Assembly: GCA_036630325.1 (NCBI GenBank) | Contig: CP142728.1 | Span: 434,001-498,000 of the forward strand | Reading direction: 5' to 3' | From: Vairimorpha necatrix | Taxonomy: Eukaryota | DNA length: 64,000 nucleotides | In this document: in pieces, positions 23,316 to 32,500 of the stretch | Layout of the letters: the number at the start of each line of letters is the position of its first letter | How positions within the stretch are numbered: the first letter of the stretch is position 1 | Position numbers and translations under genes: made by a program | Notes under the pieces: generated by a model | The model's input: the letters and a program-made list of their open reading frames with translations, nothing else | Told to the model about the DNA's origin: nothing | Database searches by the model: none

Positions 23316-23618
23316 TAAAGGGTAAAAAAAATAAATAAAAAACATAGATTAATATAAAAAGCATTTGGGATTTTCTAATGCAAAAAAAGAAGGTTTAAAC
23401 ATGTTTTTTTTATAAGAAAAACGTAGACTATATTTTTATTTCAATTATTTTTGTATTTCTAAATAATTAATTTTATAAATGTAATTTACCGTTAAAAATT
23501 AAGTATCTTTCTAAATGAAAACTAAAACGATACGTTTTAGATCGAAATTGTAAAAAATATTTTATACTTAAAAAAATTAATACCGTTTTTCCGTTAAAAA
23601 ATTAATTTTACTAACCCC

Positions 23619-24617
23619 ATGAATGAACCAAAAAGTGTACACGATCTTTCTGGTAAAAATAACAATGAAAATTCTTTAAACTTTCAAACTCCTGTAGAAG
23701 GAATTAATTTCGACACTAAAAACTTAACATTAGACCACATAATTAATTCTTTTAAATCTACTGGTTTTCAATCTACAAATTTATACAAAAGTATTCTAGA
23801 AATAGATAAAATGATAAAATCAAATTCTAAAATATATTTAGGCTGTACTTCTAACTTAATAAGTAGTGGTCTAAGAGATATTATCAGATTTTTAGTCCAA
23901 CATAAACACATTGATGTATGTGTTATAACAGCAGGAGGAATAGAAGAAGACATAATAAAATGTTTAAAACCTACACTGTGTGCAGATTTTACCTATAAAG
24001 GCGAAGATTTACGAAATAACGGCCTAAATAGAATTGGGAATTTAGTTATACCAAATGAAAATTATGAATTATTTGAAAAATGGTTCAACGAATCATTAGA
24101 TGAATTATTAAAAGATTCAAATGAAGACAATCCTTTGATTATAACGCCGTCTAAATTTATAGAGTATTTGGGACTGAGAATTAATAATGAAAAATCTATT
24201 TTGTACTGGGCTGCAAAAAACCACATACCAATTTATTCGCCTGCACTAACAGACGGGTCTATTGGCGACATGATCACATTTTATAAAAAGAGAACATGTT
24301 TTAAACTTGATATTGTTGAAGATATAAAATCCATAAATTTTAGTACTTTGGATTCTAAAAAAACAGGTGCTATAATATTGGGATCTGGACTTATAAAACA
24401 TCATATTTTGAATGCGAATTTGTTTAGAAATGGATTGGATTTTTGCGTATTGATTAATACAGCAAATGAATATGATGGAAGTGATGCTGGTGCCAATATC
24501 GAGGAATCTATTAGTTGGGGAAAGATTAAAGCTAAAACTCAAGGAATTAAAGTCGTAGGAGATGCTACTATTTTATTCCCATTAATAGTATATTCTACAT
24601 TTTACAAACTACATTAA
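23619..24617 (+). CDS. DYS1: Deoxyhypusine synthase
   Basis: TSNLISSGLRD, TAGGIEED, NRIGN, PALTDGSIGD, DGSDAGA..SWGK. Confidence 0.97.
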   Translation: MNEPKSVHDLSGKNNNENSLNFQTPVEGINFDTKNLTLDHIINSFKSTGFQSTNLYKSILEIDKMIKSNSKIYLGCTSNLISSGLRDIIRFLVQHKHIDVCVITAGGIEEDIIKCLKPTLCADFTYKGEDLRNNGLNRIGNLVIPNENYELFEKWFNESLDELLKDSNEDNPLIITPSKFIEYLGLRINNEKSILYWAAKNHIPIYSPALTDGSIGDMITFYKKRTCFKLDIVEDIKSINFSTLDSKKTGAIILGSGLIKHHILNANLFRNGLDFCVLINTANEYDGSDAGANIEESISWGKIKAKTQGIKVVGDATILFPLIVYSTFYKLH

Positions 24618-25520
24618 AAAAAAATTATTTTGATTTTAACTATTTTTTTTAAATGTAAGCTGCATTATTAAATTCTATTTGTCTTAGTATTTGAAATACT
24701 TCTGGAATGTACTATCTGGTTAAAACTTAAAATTTTTAACTTATTCATGTGCAATAAAAATGATATATTAAATACTATAATTGTCCAGAGAAATAGAAAT
24801 TTATATATAAAGATTACCCTAACGCATATAAATACATGCGTTCTATGAATAATTTTTTCCATTTGATAAATTTTAGGTTACATGAAAGTTTTCATATTGT
24901 TTTAAAAATTGCTGCAAATGTATGGCTCATGATAATTGTCATAAGAAAAAAGTAGTTGTTATTGCATTTCTTAAAAAAATAAAATGGATTACATCAAAAA
25001 CGGGCTTCAATCTGATCGCCTTTTCATAATACTTAATGTGAAAAAAATCTTCACGATAAAATAATCACGGCGTTCATATCGCGCACATACGCATAATGAC
25101 ATTCTTGTCTCTATATATTTTTTTAATTGTAAAAATTTTATGTGATGCGGAATTTTAATAAAAAAACAAAAAGGTCGCTACACTGCGGAAATTATTAAAT
25201 TTTAAATACTTTTGATGCTAATCTTAAATATTATCATGTGTCAAACTCAAAAGATAAATTTAATAAGAATTCTAAGAACCCCAGATTTATAAAACCTCTA
25301 GTACATTGTTTTAAAAAAATTACATATGAACAGATCAAACTACGTTTCCGACTATAATTTAGAACTAATATTATATATCAGTTTACTTAAAGTTTTATAA
25401 AGATTTTATTCGTCAAAATCAAGATACCAAACAAAGTCCAGATAGTCAAAATTCTATGGCACATCTATACATCATTCAAATTTATTTTTTAGATCCGTTA
25501 GTTTAGTTATATGTATTTTT

Positions 25521-26591
25521 TTATTCTTTTCTTTTTATTATGACATTTTTCATTATGTTTTTTATGAATCTGTCAGCATATTCCTTGGGATCTTTACATG
25601 ATTTATTCGTAACACATAAGCAGAAGACATAAAATAAGTTTTCGATCTTTTTCTTTTTACTATAACTTGTTAGTATGTCGATTATTCCCATAGAATATTC
25701 TCCTAATTTTATGATGTCTCTATAATCTTCTTTAATATATGTTTCGTCTACATTTAAATTTTTTTCATCTTCTTTATTTTGTTTATTTGTCTTATATTCT
25801 ATTATATTTGCTTTGCATTCTTTATAATTTGATTTATTTTCATTATACGTCTTAGTATTTTCAAAATATCTATTATTAATGGTCTTATCCTTTATACAAT
25901 CAATATCTTTATCTGTTTTATTATATTCTTCATTTTTTATCTTTTTTCTTTCTGGTGTATTTACACTGATTACTAATGAATAATCCATTATATTTAAATC
26001 TCTTAAGAATCCCACGTCCTTCTTTATTTGCTCAATACATTTCTCTACATTCCCAATTTCTATCTTCTTTTTTTCTTTATACCATTCTTTGTCTTTTTTT
26101 ATATATTGGTTTCTTGTCCTATACAAATTATCGCCTTTCAAATCGAAAATACTTTCAATATCTTCACTTCTAAACACGTTTTTCATTATTATAAATCGTA
26201 TTTCTTTCTCTTTTGTCTTATATGTGACACATCCCAATATTTTTACTAAATATGTATCCCGATTATTTATTAAATATTCTGTGTAGTCATTTATTATTCT
26301 CAATAAAGTGTCGAATTCATAGTTCTGGATTATTTTTAAAGTGTAATTGAAATCTGAACTAAAAAATATTGAAGATGAAGAATTGCCTTTAATCAAAGGA
26401 GTGTAGTGATAAGACATCTCGAGATCGAGAAAAGGCTTATCAAAAAGTGTCCTTATTTTTATGAAATTAGTTTCTTTATGGATTGTTAAGACTTCGTTGT
26501 TATTCGTTAGTTGTATGAAGTCTCTATGGATAGACTTTTTTATATTTGTTTTGTTGGCGAAGAAACTTAAGACTCCTTCAAGTAAATCCAT
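25521..26591 (-). CDS. Phosphatidylinositol-phosphate kinase (PIP5K/Mss4 family)
   Basis: G.SSS.FF.S.D..Y.LK, FDLKG, IMDYSL, MGIIDILTSY, P..YADRF. Confidence 0.92.
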   Translation of the reverse strand: MDLLEGVLSFFANKTNIKKSIHRDFIQLTNNNEVLTIHKETNFIKIRTLFDKPFLDLEMSYHYTPLIKGNSSSSIFFSSDFNYTLKIIQNYEFDTLLRIINDYTEYLINNRDTYLVKILGCVTYKTKEKEIRFIIMKNVFRSEDIESIFDLKGDNLYRTRNQYIKKDKEWYKEKKKIEIGNVEKCIEQIKKDVGFLRDLNIMDYSLVISVNTPERKKIKNEEYNKTDKDIDCIKDKTINNRYFENTKTYNENKSNYKECKANIIEYKTNKQNKEDEKNLNVDETYIKEDYRDIIKLGEYSMGIIDILTSYSKKKKIENLFYVFCLCVTNKSCKDPKEYADRFIKNIMKNVIIKRKE

Positions 26592-26829
26592 TTATTTTGA
26601 TTTGTTAGATATTATTTATAAATTATAAAAAGGAGTGGACTTACCAATGAGACACATTAAACATGTAAAAATAAAAAATAATTTTTTTTTTATTGTGGCA
26701 GAAACAATATTTTATAGAAAAACAGATCCTGTTGTATAAGCGCATGATATAGTTAATGTACATATATTATTGGTTAAGAAAATGATCTTATTGCGTTAAA
26801 AACGAAAATATCAAATTAATATGATTTAA

Positions 26830-27630
26830 GGTGCCCTTAGCACAGTGGTAGAATGCTATGCTTCCATTGAGCAATGGCTGGGTTCGATTCCCAGGGGCAC
26901 CAAAATTGTTTCTACTTTCTATGATGCAGTTGGAACAACTCAGATGATGAAAATGTCCACGATAATCATTAAGTTGATTCAATGAAACTTGTGTGTGTCC
27001 AGCCACAAGAGGATTAGCATCTAGTGTAGAAACGCACCTCAAGGCCAAAAAGCAGTATCGCCCTTTGGTGACTTAATGATACATAAAAGTATCTAATGGG
27101 TACGGCCTAGTTGGAGCCCATCGCTGGTGCACTCTAAAGTAGGATCCTAGAGCTAACTAAGAGACTAGACGAAGTAGGGCAATAGAAGATCTCGTGGACC
27201 CTATCCTACATGATTCTGTAACACGGTGGCCGAAACTAGTGGGAGACTGGTGGTCAACGCAGCCCAATAAAAACGCCGGGCTGGGGATGTGGTCGTGTAA
27301 GGAGCCGTGTGTGCAATACGGATGATTGTAGGTACCTTTGAGTCAGTACGATAATGTCTCTCCTCGGGTTATAGATAACCATGCCCGTTAAGTATATCCG
27401 CTGTGAGGTCACTCTGGACGCGATTTGAGGTATAAATGGAAAGTGTTCTCCTGGAGCCAAAGTCCAATGGATACGGCGGAGCTTGCTGCACCGGCAAGTG
27501 TATGGAGGGAGTTTTAGTGAGTAAGAATCTCACAGTACCAGTTGGATGAGGATCACACCCAAATCCCTCTGGTCCCTATGTAAGGTTTCTCCCTACCTCT
27601 TACTTGCAAGAAAAAAAAAAAAAAAAAAAA
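26830..27630 (+). mobile_element. tRNA-derived SINE-like element, full-length young copy
   Basis: tRNA-like head 26830-26902 with A box TAGCACAGTGG (26838-48) and B box GGTTCGATTCC (26881-91); ~700-nt non-coding body; ~A20 tail; TSD AAATTAATATGATTTA (26813-28, 27629-44); 4 other homologous copies in the window. Confidence 0.9.
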
Positions 27631-27999
27631 ATTAATATGATTTAGGAAAATAAACAACCCCCATAGTCGCGTGGCTGAAGTGGGCTATCATGAGAAAACC
27701 CTAATCTTTCATTGAAGCACACATTTTTTCATAAAAATAAAGCCGCTATAGATATAAAAAGGCGTATTAAATTTTTATAAAGCTCATTGTAAATGGGCCT
27801 ATAATCTGGTTAAACTTTGAGGTTTTCTCAAATTCTAATGCTCTACAAAAAACCAAATTATAAATTTAAGCTTTAATCAATATCAACAATAATCTAATAC
27901 AGTAAAATGACAGATTAATTCTTGTCCTCAATTAGCATATACCTGACTATATAAGATTTAATTACTTTTGTTCTACATATAAACGGAATATATACAGGA

Positions 28000-28840
28000 G
28001 GAAGAATATTAAACAACCCTCCTCAAGGATGTTTAATTTTTTTAACCCCAAAAATGAAGTGCAAAAAAGGAGGAGCAAGAATGGAACCTAAATATCCGAC
28101 CACTTATAACATTAGAAATATAAACTGAACATAAAATGACTCTAAATTAATTCTAAACAGATTACATTTACAAAAATTTTTATATAATAGGAAATCAAAA
28201 AGAACCCGATATGATCTTCTTTTAATCCGGGTTCTAACGGGATGCTTCTTTTAGAACAGCCCACGCCCCTTCAGTAATGTATCTGTAGATACCATTCTGG
28301 ACATACAAAACCAATTGATCGTTTAAAAATGTAATGTTTTTGTGCCTCAAATTGATATAAATTTATGTACCTTTCCAACAATCTGTAAATATATTATATT
28401 TGTGAGATATAATCTTTTAGTGATTTTTCGGCAGTCTCGGTCTTTCATCCCTTTTCTTTTAGTGAGATTCAACCCTTTCCTTACTCCTTTTAACCATTCC
28501 AAACACCCATACTCCTACAACTTTGTGGCCTTTATTGTACTTTCCTTTCCATTTTTAGAATCGTCAATTTCTAAAAATATACCCGGTCCGCCAATTTTTG
28601 TACTACCAGTTATATGTTTACTAAATTTGCTGACAATTCTTATAGTGTTTATCTGTCAATAGCAAGAATTTATTAAGTGATTCTTAATGTTGTATCTTTA
28701 AAAATATCTGTATGGCTTGGAATATAATTAACCAAAGCAATTTAAATCTATAAAGTACTTCCTTAAAGTGATTATACTTCCAGTTTTGTGGCTTTTAGTA
28801 CATATCATTTTGTATTGTATTTCATTACGTCGATGTACAT
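28000..28840 (-). pseudogene. Merlin/IS1595(IS1016)-like DDE transposase relic
   Basis: Broken frames give KIGGPGIFLEIDDSK..KYNKGHKVVGVWVFGMV, IFTDCWKG, SIGFVCP; many stops and frameshifts; boundaries approximate. Confidence 0.8.
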
Positions 28841-28924
28841 ATTCGAGGGAAAAAGGTAAAAAACTTGAATTAGCTTATTATTTAATCAAATTCTTTTTAT
28901 TACGTCATTACTAATGATACAATG

Positions 28925-29281
28925 TGTGACACGGGCTGCCTCCCTGGCTGCTCGGTGTGTTTAAATAATTTATATTTTTATAATTTTTATTAACTCTTGT
29001 TCCTCTCATGACTCGGTGAGGGGCTAGAAATAATTCCTTTTTATAGTTTTATTTTCCCCCCATTCATCTTTCAAGAAAAGGCGGGATATTTATGGATAAT
29101 AGAAGTTAGCATATTTTGAGTGTTATAGCGTTTCTAAATACTTTGTATTCTGTTCCTCGTTTGTTTACGATGAGTCATTGTAAACAAACGGCATCTCAGT
29201 CATTTGACAGTTCTGACTGAGGGATTAGCATTTATAACTCCTCTGTTATCACTAGTGGGTCTGGAAGGATGTCGTGTGACA
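28925..29281 (-). mobile_element. Solo LTR, family C (no internal region in this window)
   Basis: 357 bp bounded by TG..CA, flanked by 5-bp direct repeat CAATG (28920-24, 29282-86); the minus strand has CTATAAAA, CCCC, ATG (29009), AATAAA and an open frame to the LTR end. Confidence 0.8.
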
Positions 29282-29564
29282 CAATGGAACAAAACTAGTG
29301 CAATGTAAGAAATTTATATATCATAGCAGCAATCAAATCCGGATTATTAAACATTTTAAGCTTTTAAAGTTAAGTCTGGCGTGCTGCTCAGGGTTGCGAC
29401 CTGTTCTAAAGTAATATACTAAACAACTAATGGCCTTGCCGCCTGTCCTTAGCAGGCTTTTCTTTTTTTAAAATTAATGTGTTAATGTCCCTCTCTTCAT
29501 GTATGGAGGCATTGGGACAAAAATATGAAGAAGGGAACCTATTTGAAAATAATAAATTACCTTC

Positions 29565-32500
29565 TGTGGTATCCCACATGTCAAACATATCATTTTTGAC
29601 ATTTCTTGATTTGTTTACCCCGTAAACAAACAATAAAAAATTATAAAAGAAAATTCCATACTTAGGGGTATGGAAGATATAAGAAATAAACATTATAGGT
29701 TTAACTTATCTTTATTGGAGTTGTACTTCCGCAGGAGGTACGACATATTGAATTCAATAAGAGAGTACAAACATCATGAACTCCAACCCACGCGAGGAAA
29801 AGAAATCGCAGGACACAACTCTAAAACTCAAGAAGCAAAAGTAGTCTCTATAAGAATTAAGACAGGTGAAGTGGACCTAGGAATCACCAAAAATGTAGAA
29901 ATGATTAACGATATCTACGAAATCGATCTACTAGGATGGTTTAAGAAAATTGAAGAAATTTTCCAAAGGAATCAATGGAACGAAGAGACAAAAAAGCTAT
30001 TTTTATTCGATCTCATTGAAGATCAGATTATAGACAAAGCCAATTTGAAAGATAACTACGAAGAAAACAAGAACTACATCATTTCACAGGTGTTCTCACA
30101 GAAAAGAGTCGAGAACTTAATAGTAGAACTGGATAATCTAAAACAAACTGACTACATTTTCTTTGATAACTACATAAACGAAATCATGAAACGAGTAACC
30201 ATCTACAGTAAAGTATCTAATTGCAGCCAGAAAGAATACGAACGAAGATCAAAGGAATCCATTTACAGAGGACTTGGCTTAGAAACGGTAAGATATCTTG
30301 AGGAACAAAACCTCGAAACACTACTTGAAATCATACCAGCCCTGAAAAGAATGGAAGAAAACATCATAACAAGATTTAACATACCGAGGAAGATAAACAA
30401 CATCTCAGGTATAAGATTCATGAAAAAGTGGTGTAAAGTCCACAAAACTCTGGGACATACAACGAGAGATTGCGGGCAAAGCAACGAAACAAATCGATCA
30501 AATATTAGCAAAGTTAAAAACGAAAAATTTAACCTCAACAAGAAGACAGTAGCTCCCGATACCAACTTGAACCTAAAGAATACAACGAGGAAGATTTCAG
30601 AACCCAGAGAAAATAAAAACTCTTTAAACTACGTTAGTTTAGAAAATCCTACTATTGTCGAACAACTCGACATTCCACTCATAATCAATAAGAAACACGA
30701 GTCAACAGGAACTCTAGACTGTGGAGCAGGATTAAACTTCATCAAAGCAGACCTCGTAGAACAATGGAGCCTTACCACCAGAGAAAGTAAAGAGATCCAG
30801 GTAATGTTTGGAAATAAATCAAACGAAACCACCAGTACGTTAATAGAATTAGAATTACAGCTGAAGGGGAAAAACGAAACATGTAAAATAGAATTATATC
30901 TATTACAAAACTTACCGGTTAATATATTACTTGGCAGAGACTTTATATCGAGAAATGAAATTATACTTGACTTTACAAGAAGGAAAATAATTTGGAACAA
31001 CTCAACCATGAGTATGAAAACTAATCAAGAAGAAACAGAATTCCAAAAACCTTTTGAGAAAACACTCATTACAAAAGATGAAGCAAGATTACATAAAATC
31101 ATAGATGACTATAAAAGCAAAATTAAAGAAAACGACCCAATAAACACAGATCAAGTCAAATTACAAGTGTCTAAAAACAACATAAAGCTTAAGAAAATTA
31201 ATTATGCAGTACCTTCAAACTACAAAGAAGACGCAATACTAGAAATAGAACGACTATTAGACTCTAATATAATCGAGGAATGCAACGAAAGGAACACCAG
31301 CCCCGAATTCTTTAAGAAAAAGAAAAACGGCAAGATAAGACTAGTAATAGACTACAGAGAAATTAATAACTTTATCGAAGACGAAGTAGAAATAATTCCA
31401 AAGATGGACGATATCATTTATCAAATCGGAAAAAGCGAAGTAATAAGCAAATTGGACCTGACGAATGGATTTAACCAATTACTCCTAACAGAAGAAAGCA
31501 GGAAATGGACAGCATTCTCTATATTCGGCAAAACATTCAGATACAAAAGACTCCCTTTCGGATTAAAAAATGGCCCCAAAGCATTCCAGAAAACAATGAA
31601 CAAAATACTCTTCGGAATCAAAAATATATCGGTATACATAGACGACATAATTATAGCCACGAAGGACTACGAGTCTCATCTGAACACACTCAAAGAATTA
31701 TTTACAAGGCTACAGAAGCACAACGTAATTGTAAACTTCGCTAAATCAGAATTCTGCACCAAAGACACAGAAATTCTAGGAACAAGAATCTTTAACGGTA
31801 AAATGTACCCTCTCACTAAAGACAGTAAACTAATCGAAAACATGAAATGTAAAACCAAAAAAGACCTACAGAAAATAATAGGAATATTCAATTGGTATAG
31901 GAAATACATCCCAAATTTAAGCTTAGAAATTTTAAATTTAACAGAAAAACTAAAAGGGAAAGAACAGATAGTTAAACTAACTAAAGAAGACAATTCAACG
32001 ATAAATAAGCTAATAGACAAACTAAAAAATAAAAGCTACCTAGTACTACCAGACTATAGCAAAAAATTTACACTACACTGCGACCCTTCAGAACTCGGAA
32101 TGGGAGCAGTATTATCACAGGAACACGGAATAATACTAAATATAAGCATGAAGTTCAATAAAACAGAAAGAAATTACACAATAGTAGAGAAAGAATACTT
32201 CGCGATAGTCTACGCAATGGACAAATGTAGAAACATTATACTTGGAAATTATGTCGAAATACACACGGATAATAGGAACTGCCTTTTTAAAAGCAAAATA
32301 AGCAGAAGAATGGAAAGATGGGACGCGATGATGCTAGAATACAACTACAGTATAAAACAAATAGCTGGGGAAGACAACACCGTAGCAGATCATCTATCAA
32401 GATGTTTCAGAACAGAAAAAGCTAAGAACGAAAACGATCTAATAAATACAATAGAATTATATGCAGAGAAAATATCTGAAAATAAATCTGGGACAAAAAA

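Noticed and set aside
26576-26644. Possible spliceosomal intron upstream of PIP5K (GTAAGT..CTAAC..AAG, minus strand, would be in frame)
   Set aside because: The branch-to-acceptor distance is long, the acceptor is AAG, and the unspliced ATG ORF is already complete; needs RNA-seq
26830-26902. Functional tRNA gene
   Set aside because: The anticodon arm is non-canonical (5-nt loop), there is no oligo-T terminator, and it runs into a repeated body with poly(A) and a TSD; treated as a SINE head
27210-27260. Hammerhead ribozyme (GGCCGAAAC)
   Set aside because: No correctly placed CTGA.GA core, and GAAAC is not conserved in other copies
27300-27326. Group II intron domain V (GAGCCGTGTG..ATACGG)
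   Set aside because: Hairpin too short, lacks the bulge and upper helix, and pairing is weakened in the second copy
27254-27460. Conserved small protein (also ORF 37197-37445)
   Set aside because: TTG start, antisense to the SINE, and not evidently retained in the diverged copies; the similarity is explained by repeat homology
29660-29760. Tf1-type self-priming between the transcript 5' end and the PBS
   Set aside because: Only weak, mismatched complementarity (TATGGAA vs TTCAATA); no ~11-nt perfect match seen in the LTR
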